Part shown: positions 43,996 to 57,210 of the stretch, piece by piece
Position numbering within the stretch: the first letter of the stretch is position 1
Layout: every line of letters begins with the position of its first letter
From: Pirellulales bacterium
Lineage (GTDB): Bacteria > Planctomycetota > Planctomycetia > Pirellulales > PALSA-1355
NCBI GenBank assembly: GCA_963733035.1
Contig: CAVTBU010000005.1
Location: 704,001-768,000 of the forward strand
Reading direction: 5' to 3'
Length of the DNA: 64,000 nt
Translations under genes and position numbers: made by a program
The notes under the pieces: generated by a model
Databases searched by the model: none
What the model saw: the letters and a program-made list of their open reading frames with translations, nothing else
What the model was told of the DNA's origin: nothing

Positions 43996-44017
43996 CGCAA
44001 AACGGCAGACTCGGTCG

Positions 44018-44974
44018 TCATACATCCGCCGGGGCCGGCTCCAGGCGCTCGGCTTCGCGGGCGGTGATGCGGTGTTGGCGGAGCATGCGCAGCGAGTCGA
44101 TCGAGTAGATGCCGACGGCGGTCCAGATCAGCGAGAGCGAGACGACCTTGGCGGTCGTGAGCGGTTCGCGGAACAGGAACACGGCAATCAGGAACTGGAT
44201 GGTGGGGGCCAGGTATTGCAAGAAGCCCAGGGTCGCGAAACGCAGGCGGCGGGCGGCGGCGGCGAACAGGAGCAGCGGCACGCAGGTGACGATGCCGCTG
44301 GCCATCAGCGTCAAGCACATGCTGGGGTCGCCCAGCACAAACGCGGACTTGCCGAGCAGGTGCAGGTACAGGACGAACCCGAGCGCAAGCGGCGCAAGCA
44401 ACAGCGTCTCGATGAACAAACCGAGCAGCCCGTCGGCAGCGACTTGTTTGCGAAGCAGTCCATAGAACGCGAACGAGAGCGCCAGCGAGACGGCGATCCA
44501 AGGCACACCCAAGATCGCAACGCCGAGCGCGGCAAGCGCCACGCTGGCCAGTTGCCAGCGCCGCAAATGTTCCTTGAGAATCACCACCCCGAGGACCACG
44601 TTCACCAGCGGGTTCAAGAAGTAGCCCACGCTGGCTTCCACCACCTGATTGGTCGTCACCGCATAGATATAGACGAACCAATTGAAAGCCAATAGCAGCG
44701 TACTGGTCGCCAACGTCGTGATCACTGGTCGCGAACGGAGCGCCGGTCTGACGTCGCCCCAGCGGCGCAGCACCGTAATCACCACGGCCAACAGCACGAA
44801 CGACCAAACCACTCGCTGGGCCACGACTTCCTGCGGCGCCACGCTGGCCACCAGTTTGAAATACAGCGGCACCAGCCCCCACAGACCATACGACAAAACC
44901 CCATAGATCACGCCCTGGCGCGAGTGATTGCCGGGTGAATGGTTGTCCGAGGAGGTGGTAACTTTTCGCAGCAT
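44018..44974 (-). CDS. rarD: EamA-family transporter RarD
   Basis: WGLVPLYFK, RVVWS, NWFVYIYAV, EASVGYFLNPL, YGLLRK, GFLQYLAPT. Confidence 0.93.
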   Translation of the reverse strand: MLRKVTTSSDNHSPGNHSRQGVIYGVLSYGLWGLVPLYFKLVASVAPQEVVAQRVVWSFVLLAVVITVLRRWGDVRPALRSRPVITTLATSTLLLAFNWFVYIYAVTTNQVVEASVGYFLNPLVNVVLGVVILKEHLRRWQLASVALAALGVAILGVPWIAVSLALSFAFYGLLRKQVAADGLLGLFIETLLLAPLALGFVLYLHLLGKSAFVLGDPSMCLTLMASGIVTCVPLLLFAAAARRLRFATLGFLQYLAPTIQFLIAVFLFREPLTTAKVVSLSLIWTAVGIYSIDSLRMLRQHRITAREAERLEPAPADV

Positions 44975-45116
44975 CGTCGAGGTCGCAGTGCGGTCGGGTC
45001 TCCCGTGCAGCTACTGACACCCAACCTACGTGCGTGGTTCACGTGGCCAGCGTCACGGTCGAGTTTTGGATTCCGTTATAGTACGCCGGCATGGCGTGCG
45101 CGAATCCGAAAAGAGA

Positions 45117-45950
45117 TTAGCGTTTTGTTTCCTCAGCCGGGGTCGATTGCTGCGCCCCACCTTTCGCGTCGTGCGCGAGCGCGGCATACTTTCTCGCCAG
45201 CTCGCTGACGGCGTCGTCGCTGTTGTCGACTTGCAGATTGAGCCAATCACCTTCGACGCCGGGTTTGCCAACCACGATGCCGGCGGCCAGGCGACCGCGA
45301 TGGTCTCCTCCGGCCTCGTCGCCGGCGACCAGCGCGGCCATCAGCCGGTCGGCCAGCGAGCCGTCGGTGGTTTCGTAGGCTTTGGCCATCTCGGTGATGA
45401 CCTGCCTGCCGGCGAGCGTGTTTCCCTGGCAGGCGTAGTAGCGACCGGCGGCGGCGCCCCACCATCGGCTGCGGTTCGGGGCGTCGACGGGGTTGAGCTG
45501 CGCGGTACTGCCGCGTCGATCGATGATCGCTAGTTGTCTGCCCCCCTCCCCTTCGTCATCGCGCGTTAGTTCGGCAAGAACCTCGCTGGGCGACTTGCCT
45601 TGCTCAAGCCACTCCAGCGCCCGGGGGCCGAACTCAGGATTGTGAAAGTGCTGCGTGCAAAAGGCTCCGACGCCGCCGCGGACGTAGGGGACGACTTCGC
45701 CGACTGCCGGATACTTGCTGGCCACGGCCGCACCGCAGACGCCGGTCTCTGGATCTGCCGCGACGATCGAGAACGTCGCTACGACGCAAGCAGATGCCGT
45801 CCTGCTTGCGGCCGGTGGCTGTTCAACCGTTTTCGCCTGGGGATCGGTGTGCCACACGCATCCGCTTACGGCCAGGGTCAACAGGAAAGAGGCCAGGCTG
45901 CCGCCCAATTGACGCAAGGTTTTTTCGGTGATCAACAGATCGCATCCCAT
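45117..45950 (-). CDS. DUF1028 family (Ntn-hydrolase-like) protein, probable lipoprotein
   Basis: TFSIVAADPETG..GAAVAS, RQLAIID, QGNTLAG, AGGDHRG; lipobox-like AVSGC. Start uncertain. Confidence 0.85.
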   Translation of the reverse strand: MGCDLLITEKTLRQLGGSLASFLLTLAVSGCVWHTDPQAKTVEQPPAASRTASACVVATFSIVAADPETGVCGAAVASKYPAVGEVVPYVRGGVGAFCTQHFHNPEFGPRALEWLEQGKSPSEVLAELTRDDEGEGGRQLAIIDRRGSTAQLNPVDAPNRSRWWGAAAGRYYACQGNTLAGRQVITEMAKAYETTDGSLADRLMAALVAGDEAGGDHRGRLAAGIVVGKPGVEGDWLNLQVDNSDDAVSELARKYAALAHDAKGGAQQSTPAEETKR

Positions 45951-46053
45951 CAGAACAGATCCACGGACACTCCAAAGTGGGGCCACTGTCTGCTAAGGTA
46001 ATGTTTTAGCATTGGCCCAGGTAGAGCCCACAGAGAAACCAGGAAAATCGGAA

Positions 46054-49000
46054 ATGTTGCGCTCCCAATTGCTGGTGTGTTTCGTTTTGTGTGCGGCGTT
46101 TGCAACTCCCTCGTTGGCCGCCGAGAAGGAACCCGTTGGTGAACTTCCACGCGCGACAGATGGTAAGCCGCTGAATCTCGATTTCGAAAAGGGCACGCTC
46201 GAAGACTGGACCGCCTCGGGTGACGCGTTCGCCAAACAGCCAGTGCGTGGCGATACGGTCACGGCGCGTGGACGCGGCATGGCAAGCGAGCATGTCGGCA
46301 CGTTTTGGGTGGGAGGCTTTGAAATCGCGCTCAGCGACGAGCCCAAGGGAGAACTCGTCTCGGCGCCCTTCAAGGTGACGCAGCCGTGGGCCAGCTTTCG
46401 CGTCGCGGGCGGATCAAATAAATCGACTCGCGTGGAACTGGTCGACAAAACTTCCGGCAAGGTCATCTTCACACGACCCGGTGACAACACTGAAACGCTG
46501 AAGCCAATTGCCGTTGACCTGACCAAACACCAAGGCAAGGAAATCTTCATACGGCTCGTTGATAGTTCGAGCAATGGCTGGGGACACCTGAATTTCGACG
46601 ACTTCAAGCTGCACGCCACCAAGCCCGAGTTTCCCACGGCGCCAGAGGAGCAGCCGCAAGACGACTATCCCTTCGCCGGACTCTCGCCCGAAGAAGCCGC
46701 GAAGGCGATGGTTGTACCCGAGGGATTCAAGGTAACGCTGGGCGCCGGCGAGCCCGACGTGATGCAGCCGATTGCGATGGCGATCGACGATCGCGGCCGG
46801 CTATGGATTGCCGAGGCCTATACCTACCCGATCCGCGCACCCGAGGGGAAAGGCAAGGACCGCATCCTGATCTTCGAGGATGCCGACGGCGACGGTCGCT
46901 TGGAAAAGCGCAAGGTGTTCATGGAAAATCTGAACCTGGTGAGCGGCTTGGAAGTTGGCTTCGGCGGCGTGTGGATCGGCGCGGCGCCTTATCTGCTGTT
47001 CGTGCCCGACCGGAACGGCGATGACGTGCCCGATGGCGAACCCGAGGTTCTGCTCGACGGTTGGGGTTACCACGACACGCACGAAACGCTGAATGCGTTT
47101 ATCTGGGGACCCGACGGCTGGCTGTACGGCTGCCATGGGGTGTTCACCTATTCGCTGGTCGGAAAACCCGGCACGCCCAAGGAAGACCGCACGCTGCTGA
47201 ACGCCGCGATTTGGCGGTACCACCCCACGCGGCACGAGTTTGAGGTGTTCGCGCACGGAACGAGCAATCCGTGGGGTGTTGATTTCAACGACTACGGGCA
47301 GGCGTTCGCCACGGCCTGCGTCATCCCGCACTTGTATCACATCATTCAGGGAGGGCGTTACCAGCGGCAGGCTGGCCTGCATTTCAATCCGCACACTTAC
47401 GACGACATCAAGACGATCGCCCTGCATCGCCACTGGATCGGCTCGACACCCCACTCTGGCAACGACAAGTCGGACGCCGCCGGGGGCGGTCACGCGCATG
47501 CCGGCGCGATGATCTACCTGGGAGGAAGCTGGCCCGCGAAGTATCGCGACCAGATCTTCATGAACAATATCCACGGCCAGCGGCTGAATGAAGACTTGCT
47601 GCTGCCCAAGGGCTCGGGCTACGTCGGCGACCGCGCGCCGACTTCTGCCTCGCGCGTGACCGCTGGTCGCAGATCATCAACTTGCAATATGGCCCCGACG
47701 GGCAGATGTGGATGATCGATTGGTACGACGCGAACGCGTGTCACCACCGGGAGCCAGATGGTCACGACCGCTCGAACGGCCGGATCTTCAAGGTCTCGTA
47801 CAAGAATGCAAAACCGGTGACGGTCGATCTCAAGAAGCAGTCAGACGACGAACTTGTCGAAATGCAACTGAACGACAACGACTGGTATGTCCGCCACGCC
47901 CGTCGCATTTTGCAGGAGCGCGGCGGCAATCCGGCAGTGCGTTCCAAGCTAAAGGAGATCGCGGCCAACCATCCGCTCGAACGCCGCCGGCTACGCGGTT
48001 TGTGGGCACTACATTGCTGCGGCGGGTTGGACGAGCCGACCGCGCTGGCCCTGCTGGAAAACGACTACCCCCACGTGCGGGCCTGGACGTTGCAATTGTT
48101 GACGGACAAACCGGCGCGCGAGCTCTCGACAGCGGTGCTCCAGCGATTGACGGCCTTAAGCAAGGACCCGTCGCCGGTCGTGCGTCTGTATGTCAGTTCG
48201 GCGCTACAGCGATTGCCGCTCGAGAATCGCTGGAACGCGCTGGCAGGACTGCTCTCGCATTCGCGGGACGCGGGCGACCACAATCTGCCGCTGATGAACT
48301 GGTACGCGGCAGAACCGTTGGCAGAGGTCGACGCGAAGCGGGCACTAGGGCTTGCGGCCGACGGCAAAATTCCATTGGTGCTGTCGTTCATGGCGCGCCG
48401 CGTGACGAAGATCGGTACGCCCGCGGCGCTCGACGTCGTCGTGGCCGAACTGGGGCGAGCCAAGCAAACCGAGACGCAATTGCTACTGTTGGCCGCGATG
48501 GAGGAAGGTTTGCGCGGCCGTCGGCAGGTGCCGATGCCCGACAGTTGGTCGGCGCACTCCGATGCACTGGTGAACAGCACGAACGCGGACGTCAACGCGC
48601 AGGCCACGGCACTGGCACTCAAGTTTGGCGATCCGGCGGCGCTGGCGAAATTGCGCGGTGTGTTGGTCGACGAGCGCAAGCTGCTTGGCGAACGCCAGCA
48701 AGCGCTCGACGCGCTGCTGGCGCGTCGAGATCCTGAATTGGCCCCCACCCTGCAAACGCTGATCGCCGATCAAGCCTTACGACGGCCCGCCCTCCGGGGC
48801 CTGGCATCTTACGATCATACCGACACTCCAGCGGCAATCCTCGCCGTGTACAAGGACCTGAATCTGGAAGAAAAGCGGGACGCCCTTAACACGCTGGCCG
48901 CGCGGGTGCCGTATGCCTCGGCCTTGCTGTCGGCGGTCGACGAAAAGCAAATCGCGGCCACGGATCTGTCGGCTGATTTGATCCGGCAGCTACGCAACCA

Positions 49001-50087
49001 TAAGAACGAACTGCTCAACAAGAGGATCGGGGAAGTTTGGGGGACGGTGCGCGACTCGAGCGCCGAGAAAGCCAAATTGATTGCCGAGTACACGCACCTC
49101 ATCGAGCAGGAAGATCCGCCGGTTGACCCTTCCCTCGGCCGGGCCGTGTTTGCCAAGACCTGTTCGCAGTGCCACACTCTGTTTGGCACGGGCGGCAAGA
49201 TCGGGCCTGAGCTAACCGGTTCGAACCGCGCCAACCTGGAGTACATACTTTCGAACGTTCTGGATCCCAGCGCGGTGATGGCCAAGGAGTATCAACCGAG
49301 CGTGATCGTGACGACCGACGGGCGCGTGATCACCGGAATTGTCAAGCAACAGGACGAAAACTCGCTGACCGTGCAAACGGCCAACGAACTGGTGACGCTG
49401 CCTCGCAACGAGGTCGACGAAATGCAATCCAGCCCGCAGTCGATGATGCCCGACGATTTGCTCAAACAGCTCAAGCCCCATGAGGTACGTTCGCTCATAG
49501 CGTATCTTGCCGCGCCGGCTCAGGTGCCGATGTTGGCCACGCCAGACAACATCAAGAGCTTTTTCACGGGAACAGACCTATCCGGTTGGACCGGAAACGA
49601 TTCACTATGGAGGGTCGAGGACGGACAGATCGTTGGCACGTCAGCCGGCTTGAAGTCGAATGAGTTTCTTACGAACGACCTGTCATTGGGCGACTTTCGG
49701 CTTCGCTGCCAGGTGCAACTGGTCGACAATCGGGGCAACAGTGGCATCCAGTTCCGCAGCGAGGCCCTGCCGGATGGCCTGGTAAAGGGCTATCAGGCCG
49801 ATATCGGCGCCGGCTGGTGGGGCAAGTTGTACGAAGAGCACGGGCGGGCCCTGCTGTGGGAAAAGAGCGGCGAATCGCACGTCAGGCCGGGTTGGAACAC
49901 GTACGAGATCCTGGCGGTCGGCGACCGAATCGAAACTCGGATCAACGGCCACAAGTGCGTCGATCTCGTCGATGCGGCCGGGGCCAAGCGGGGGATCATC
50001 GCCTTGCAATTGCATTCCGGCGGTGCGACGGAAGTGCGGTTCAAGAACTTTGACATCGAACTCGATCCACCGCGGGACAGCAAATAG
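46054..50087 (+). CDS. PVC-type heme-binding CxxCH protein: beta-propeller dehydrogenase-like + HEAT repeats + cytochrome c + DUF1080-like (frameshift at ~47638)
   Basis: PIAMAIDDRGRLW, WGPDGWLYG, NPWG.DF, GPDG...DWYD, CSQCH...IGPELTG, SMMP, NSGIQFRS...GYQAD, WNTYEI, LQLHSG. Confidence 0.9.
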
Positions 50088-50095
50088 CGCGATCC

Positions 50096-51783
50096 ATGTC
50101 GTCGAATCCTACCGCGTTTGCCGCGGAACAGAATCGTCTGGGACTAATCGCCGGCCAAGGCGGCCAGTTGGCAGCGGCCGTGGTACACTTTCGCAAAGCG
50201 GTGGCTGCGCAGCCCGATTTGCGCAGGCACACAACAATCTAGGCGTCACGTTGGAAATGCAGGGACAGTTGGAAGCGGCCGCGGCAGCCTACCGACAGGC
50301 CGTGACGATTCGGCCCGACTATGCCGAGGCTCATAACAACTTGGGTGTGGCGCTTGAACGACTTGGACAATTTGAGGCCGCCGTCGAGTCGTGCCGGCGG
50401 GCGATTGCACTTAAACCAAACTATATCGAGGGCTACAACGCTCTCGGCGTGGCGCTTCAGCGGCTCGGACATTTCGAGGAAGCGGTAAATTGCCTCAGGC
50501 ACGTTGTCGAGCAACGCCCCAACTTTGTCGAGGCTCAAAGTAATCTGGCGGCCGTGCTCGAAAAGTTGGGCCAGACCGATGAGGCCATCACCTTGCTCGA
50601 ACGAGCGATTGCATTGCGTCCCGACATCGTTGGTGCCCACGTGAACTTGGGTCGGGCTTACGAGCGACAGGGGCGCCTCTCGCCCGCTGAAGACTCGTTT
50701 CAACGAGCGCTGACTCTCGACCCGAAATGCACGGACGCCCAGCTCAACGTCGGCCTCCTGCAAGTTCGGCAGGGCCAGATTTCGAAGGGAGAACAGGCAT
50801 TTCGTCAGGCACTGGCCATCGACCCCAATTGCGCGGCAGCCAATTTGAACCTAGGCCTCAACCTCCTGCAGCAAGGCAGGCTTGCCGAGGGCTGGCCGTT
50901 CTACCGCTGGCGGGCACGCGTCGAAAACCAACCGACACCGTCCTTCGAGCAGCCGCAGTGGGACGGTTTTTCGCTCGCCGGGAAGACAATCCTGGTTTGC
51001 GAGGATCAGGGAGCGGGCGATAATATTCATTTCATTCGCTATGCCGCGCAACTTGAAGCACAGCAGGCGCGTGTACTAGTTCGTTGCCGCCAACAATTGA
51101 TGCGCCTCTTCGCCCGCTGTCCTGGCGTGCACCAGGTGTATTCGCTGTCCGACTCGCTGCCGCCGTTCGACGTTTACGTGCTGATGTCCGATATTCCAGG
51201 CGATTTGGGAACGACGCTGGAGAACATCCCGGCAAGGGTTCCTTACTTGTTCCCCGATGAATCACTCGTCCGCCAATGGAGCGAGCGGTGGCGCGAGGTT
51301 CGTGAGTTGAAAGTCGGCCTCGCCTGGCAAGGTGATCCAAGGAACAAGGCAGACCGCTACCGCTCGATTCCGTACGAGCACATCGCCAAGCTAAGCCAGA
51401 CGTCCGGAGTGCGGTTTTTCAGCCTGCAGTTCGGGTCTGGCCGCGAGCAGCTTCAATCGGGCGATTCGGCGATCTGCGATCTGGGCGAAGAGTTGGGGGA
51501 CTTTCACGACACAGCGGCCATTGTGAAGAACATGGATCTCGTTATTACCTGCGACTCGGCACCAGCACATCTCGCTGGAGGCCTGGGTGTACCGGTTTGG
51601 GTGGCACTGTCTTGGACCGCTGACTGGCGATGGCTACTCGAGCGGAGCGACAGTCCTTGGTATCCAACCATGCGACTCTTCCGCCAGGAGAACCTCGGCG
51701 ACTGGGGCGAAGTCTTCGAGCAAATCCGCACCGAGCTGGCAGCATGGGTACGTCGGCGAGCCGAACGCGTCTCGCAATCCTAG
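50096..51783 (+). CDS. TPR-repeat protein with C-terminal glycosyltransferase (GT9-like) domain (frameshift at ~50218-50220)
   Basis: Repeated AHNNLG/NLG TPR units; DQGAGD.I.F.RY, VGLAWQG, MDLVITCDSAPAHLAG, DWRW...SPWYPT. The true N-terminus MSSNPT...QPDF is in another frame. Confidence 0.88.
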
Positions 51784-51834
51784 CTTTCGAAGCGGTGCAT
51801 TCAATTGAGCCGACGGTTGAGCCGAACGGCGGCG

Positions 51835-53121
51835 CTAGATCTCGACCAGCATCCGCATCGGCTCTTCCATGACTTCCTTGATTCGCTTGAGGAACGTCAC
51901 GGCACCCTGACCGTCGACGATGCGATGATCGTAGGTGAGCGCCACGTACATCATCGGGCGAATCACGACCTGCCCTTGGTGGGCCACGGGGCGATCTTGA
52001 ATGGAATGCAGACCCAGGATGCCGCTCTGCGGAGGATTGACGATTGGCGTCGACAGCAACGATCCGTAAACACCGCCGTTCGAGATGGTGAAGGTGCCCC
52101 CTTGCAACTCTTCGAGCTGCAAGGCGTTCTTGCGAGCGCGCGTGGCCAGATCGGCGATCGTCAGCTCGATGTCGGCGAAGCTCATGCGGTCAGCGTCGCG
52201 GAGCACGGGAACGACCAGCCCTTTGCCACCACCGACGGCAATGCCGATGTCGAAATAGTTGTGGTAGACGATGCTGCTCTCGCGAATCTCCGCGTTGACG
52301 GCCGGCACCAGCTTGAGGGCATCGATGGCCGCTTTCACGAAAAACGACATGAACCCTAGCTTGATGCCATACTTCTCCTCGAATACTCCCTTGTGCTCGT
52401 TGCGCAGGGCCATGACCGACGACATGTCGATTTCGTTAAACGTGGTGAGCAGGGCCGCGGTTTGTTGGGCCTCGACCAGCCGCTGGGCTATCCGGCGGCG
52501 AATCGGGCTCATCGGCACGACTTCTTCCTCCCGACCGCCGCGCGACACTTGCACGTGCGGCTTGGCACCGCCCCGTTGGATTTCGCGTGGGCGCGGAATC
52601 TGTCGCGGTACGTCGGGACTAATCACGAGCCCCTGTTCGTCGCTTTCTTCGACGCGCCGCTGGTTCACGAGATCGTCCGAAATGTGTCGAGCGATTTGAC
52701 CGGCCGCCGGGTGCGTCTTGGCCGCAGGCTGGGGTTCGCCATGGGGTGAAATCACACGCGGTTCCGGAGTGCGTCCCGGTTCCGGCGGGCGCACGCTTTG
52801 TCGCTCAATCGAGTCGGCAGCCTGTGCCTGGGCCGCGGCCGTAGCCACCTGATCGGCGCCCGCATCGACCGACTCACCATCGGCGCCTGGCTCCATGTAG
52901 CCGATCACCTCGCCCACCTCGGCCGTCTCGCCACTGCGCTTAAGCACTTTCGAAACGCGGCCGGTAACCGGCGCGACGATTTCCACCGTTGCCTTGTCCG
53001 TCTCGATTTCAACGAGGTTCTCGTCCTTTTCGGCGACCTGACCTTCGCCCTTGAGCCACTGACCGATCTGCACTTCGGTAATCGACTCGCCGACGGTGGG
53101 CACTTTCAATTCAACGGCCAT
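51835..53121 (-). CDS. sucB: 2-oxoglutarate dehydrogenase E2, dihydrolipoyllysine succinyltransferase
   Basis: Lipoyl domain [31 protein letters not shown]. Confidence 0.96.
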   Translation of the reverse strand: MAVELKVPTVGESITEVQIGQWLKGEGQVAEKDENLVEIETDKATVEIVAPVTGRVSKVLKRSGETAEVGEVIGYMEPGADGESVDAGADQVATAAAQAQAADSIERQSVRPPEPGRTPEPRVISPHGEPQPAAKTHPAAGQIARHISDDLVNQRRVEESDEQGLVISPDVPRQIPRPREIQRGGAKPHVQVSRGGREEEVVPMSPIRRRIAQRLVEAQQTAALLTTFNEIDMSSVMALRNEHKGVFEEKYGIKLGFMSFFVKAAIDALKLVPAVNAEIRESSIVYHNYFDIGIAVGGGKGLVVPVLRDADRMSFADIELTIADLATRARKNALQLEELQGGTFTISNGGVYGSLLSTPIVNPPQSGILGLHSIQDRPVAHQGQVVIRPMMYVALTYDHRIVDGQGAVTFLKRIKEVMEEPMRMLVEI

Positions 53122-53213
53122 GGATGGCGACTTCCCCTGCTTCAGCAGTCTGGTTTTTTGCTCGATCGACGCACACGCGAACGTTGGGCCGCGCATCGCG
53201 CCAAATCGCCTAG

Positions 53214-56038
53214 TTAAATGCAGCCGAACGCTTGCATCAATAGCTCCTTCTGTTCCATGCGGTGGGCGCTTGCCGAACCCGTCGCCGGACTCGGGGACCC
53301 GCGACGATAGATGCCCGAGAACGGCAGGCGATCGAAGAGTTCTCCGCCAAACCGAGCGAGCAGAAACCGCCATGCGCCCATATTCTCCGGCTCTTCTTGC
53401 ACCCAGTAGACCGGCGTGCCGTTTCGATACGGCGACAGGGCTTCCTTCAGGCTGCCAAACGGCAGCGGATAGAGCTGCTCCATCCGTACGATCGCAACGT
53501 CATGCCGGTTAAGGTCCTCACGTTCCTTGGCAAGTTCGTAGTAAATCTTGCCCGAGCACATTAAAACGCCTTCAACTTCAGGACGCTCGGGGGTTTCGTC
53601 GGGGATTACCTTTTCCCAGTGTCCGGAGGCGCACTCGTCGAGCGTCGAGACGGCACGCGGATGACGCAGCAAGCTCTTGGGAGTCATCACGACCAGCGGC
53701 TTGCGAATGGGCCGCAGGATTTGCCGCCGCAAGGCATGAAAATACTGGGCCGGCGTCGTGGGGTTGATGATCTGGAGGTTGCACTCAGCCGACAGCGACA
53801 AGAATCGCTCCAACCGGGCCGAGGAGTGTTCCGGCCCCATCCCCTCGAAGCCATGAGGCAAGAGCATTACCAGCCCGCTCAGCCGCTTCCACTTGGTCTC
53901 GGCGCTGGCAATGAACTGGTCGATGATCACCTGAGCGGCATTCACGAAGTCGCCAAATTGAGCTTCCCAGAGCACCAAGCCGCTGGGGCAATCGAGGCTG
54001 TAGCCGTATTCGAAGCCCAGCACCCCGGCCTCGGAAAGCGGACTGTTGATGATTTCGACTGGGGCCTGCCCCTTGGCGACATGCTGGAGCGGCGTGTAGC
54101 GGTGGCCATCGTCGTAGTCATGAAGGACGGCGTGCCGCTGACTGAACGTGCCGCGCGTGCTGTCCTGGCCGCTCAGGCGAATCCGATGGCCATCACACGC
54201 CAGACTGGCAAACGCCATCGCTTCGGCAGCCGCCCAATCGAGCCCCTTCTCGCCGCGGGCCATTTCGCGCCGTCCCTCCAGAAACCGCTCAATTTTGGGA
54301 TGCGGCTTGAAATCCGCCGGCAGCGTTGTCTGCGCGAGCAACTGAGCGCTAAGCTTCTCACGGTCAACGGCCGTATTTGCCTCTGGAACGTTTTGATCGC
54401 GGCCGCCTACATAGCCCTTCCAGACTCCCGGATGATGGTGCGGCCTGGCAACGTACTCATCGCTTTTGGCCACCGAAAGCTCCTCGTCGAGCAGCCGCGT
54501 TTGTTCCTTTGCGATGTGGTCGGCTTCCTCGCGAGTGATTTCACCCAGCTTTAGCAATCGTGCGAGATAGCTGTCTCGCACCGGCTCGCGCTTGTCGATC
54601 GTTCGATACAGCACAGGGTGCGTGAACGAAGGCTCATCGCTTTCGTTATGACCGCGACGGCGGTAGCAATACATGTCGATTACGACATCGCGTTGAAACT
54701 GGTGTCGGAAGTCCATCGCCAGACGCACGACAAAGGCCACGGCCTCCGGATCTTCACCGTTGACGTGGAATATTGGGATCTGCAGCATCTTGGCCACGTC
54801 GGTGGCATATGTGCTCGATCGGCCTTCGGAAGGGGATGTCACGAAACCGATCTGATTGTTGAGCACGACATGCAACGTGCCGCCCGTGCGGTAACCTTCC
54901 AATTGGCTTAGGTTGAACGTTTCCTGGACCACCCCCTCGCCGGCAAACGCGGCGTCGCCGTGGATGAGCATGGTCAGGGTGTGGCTCCGCTTCGCATCGC
55001 CGAGCCGATCCTGCTTGGCGCGCGTGCGTCCGATGGCAACCGGCGAGACGAATTCCAAGTGGCTGGGATTGAAACACAACGAGAGGTGCACCTTGTGCCG
55101 TGCGGCGGTAACCCAGTCGGTGCTGTAGCCGAGATGGTACTTGACGTCGCCGCGGCCAAGATGCAGCTTTGGATCGAGGTCGGCGAACTCGCGGAAGATC
55201 TCCTGCGGGCTTTTACCCATGATGTTGGCCAGCACGTTCAGCCGACCGCGGTGGGCCATGCCGAACACGATCTCGCGGACGCCCTGATCGCCCGATTTTT
55301 CAATGGCCAGATCGAGCAGCGGAATCAAGCTTTCGGCGCCTTCGAGCGAAAAGCTTTTGGCGCCGGTAAACCGTTTTTGAATGAATTCCTCGAAGATCAC
55401 CGCATCGGTCAAACGCGTGAGAATCCGCAACTGTTCCTGCTTGGTAAGCGTAAGCCGGTTCTCCGTTTCCTCCATTCGGTCCTGGAGCCATTGCCGCACG
55501 CTGAGATCGTCCATGTGCATGAATTGCACGCCGATCGATCGGCAATAGGTGTTGCGTAGCCGTTCCAGAATCGTACGCAGCGTGAGCACGTCGGGGCCGC
55601 GAATCGTATCGGTCGAAAACGGGCGGTCCATGTCGGCTTCGGTGAAGCCGTAGTATTCCGGATCGAGCTCCGGCAGGTGGGGCCTCGGCATACCCAACGG
55701 ATCGATGTTCGCCACCATGTGACCGCGGACGCGGTAGGCACGAACCAATTGGTCGACGCGGTCCTGCAGCAGGGCCGTTTCGGTTTCTCGCGCGGCCGTG
55801 CCGCGGCCATCGGAGCGGTCGCCAGCGGGGTTAAAGATGCTTCTCGGCTTGAACGAAGGCTCCGGCGCATGGGGACAATCGCACCGCTGCCGTTGCTCAT
55901 CGATTTGAAATAGCGACGCCAATCGGCCGACACGCTCGCCGGATCCTGTTGGTAGGCGGCATACATCTCTTCGATGAAGCCCAGGCTCAGACTGTTTAGC
56001 CCGGCTTCGCGGTTTTCATGCTTGCTGGATCTGAGCAT
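53214..56038 (-). CDS. sucA: 2-oxoglutarate dehydrogenase E1 (frameshift at ~55871-55874)
   Basis: N-terminal IEEMY..Y..DP.SV..DW in one frame; [34 protein letters not shown] in the main frame. Confidence 0.96.
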
Positions 56039-56653
56039 CGCGAATTCACCACTACGTCGATTCATCGCATTCCAATTCTAGGTTGCCGGGACCCGCGATT
56101 TCGGTTTTCAACGACTAGGTCGATTGCAGCCACCAGCACGGTTACGTTTATTCTACCGAGCCGGCGAGTGAGCGTGCCGGACCATTGGCGTTGCGCGGCT
56201 GTTCCTGGGGAGGGGATAGAAGCGTACCGAGGCGGAGCTTTTCTTACAAATTCAGTTTTTGTTCGTTGAACGGCTTTTCCGGCGCCCCAACAAATAAAAA
56301 ACCCATCTGTGCAACACACAGACGGGCCACCTACCGCCAATGGACCATGCAACCTGAAAGACACCGCCCCGTTTCTGACGCTCCAATCGCTAAAACCGCC
56401 AGTATGCTAAGGCCGCCGGGCCGAAAGTGTCAAGATGATCGGGAGCCGGAGTTTTGCGTCCGACGCAATCATCTAGTTAGGAGCAACTTATCCCTACGGG
56501 GCGTTTCTCTGTAAATCCCCGGGGCGGGTCATTTTCGACAAGGGCCCTTTGTCCTATCATGGAGGGGTAACTCCTCTTGCCCGCCGGAACCCCGCGGCCG
56601 CGACGATCGGGCATCTACAGACCCGATCAAATGCGCGCGGCAACTCTAAAGAT

Positions 56654-57115
56654 ATGAATGTCACCTTCTCCTGTCCGCGTTGCGATCAGGGCGTGCGTCT
56701 GGGTGTGCCACCCGATGCCACCGCTCTCGAGTGCCCCCATTGCCATCAGTCTGTCGTCGTGCCGCAGGGTGCCCTGGAAGGAGGCCAGCTTCGCCGCTGC
56801 CTGGTCTGCCCCAGCACGGACTTGTTTATCCGCAAGGACTTTCCGCAACGCCTGGGCGTGGGTATCGTCACGGTCGGCATCCTAGCCAGTTGTGTTACCT
56901 GGGCGATGTCGGAAATCGTGGCCACGTTTGCCATTTTGTTTGCCACGGCCTTGATCGACGTGGTGCTCTATTTGATCGTGCCCGATGCCTTGATGTGCTA
57001 TCGCTGCGGCGCCATGTACCGCCAGGCCAAAGGCAGTGGACACGGCCCGTTCAACCTGGAGACGCACGAACGCTATCGTCAACAAGCCGCCCGCATGGCG
57101 GGTCAGTCCCGCTGA
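56654..57115 (+). CDS. Zinc-ribbon membrane protein, hypothetical
   Basis: Four CxxC pairs (CPRC, CPHC, CLVC, CYRC), RKDFPQ, two TM helices. Confidence 0.75.
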   Translation: MNVTFSCPRCDQGVRLGVPPDATALECPHCHQSVVVPQGALEGGQLRRCLVCPSTDLFIRKDFPQRLGVGIVTVGILASCVTWAMSEIVATFAILFATALIDVVLYLIVPDALMCYRCGAMYRQAKGSGHGPFNLETHERYRQQAARMAGQSR

Positions 57116-57210
57116 CGTATCGTAATCGCCGTTCGAGGGGGCCGACGAGCCGTGGGCGTCTGGTCGAACCTCGGCTCGAATTAGCGCGGCGCCGCGAAGC
57201 GCCATTTGCC

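Noticed and set aside
50230..50880. Recurring ~102-bp-period similarity (CACAACAAT/CATAACAAC...)
   Set aside because: Coding TPR repeats, not a CRISPR or DNA repeat array.
56040..56653. ~600-bp intergenic region between sucA and the zinc-ribbon gene as a possible ncRNA
   Set aside because: No recognisable RNA family or convincing structure by eye; two divergent promoters are enough to explain it. An Rfam/Infernal scan would settle it.
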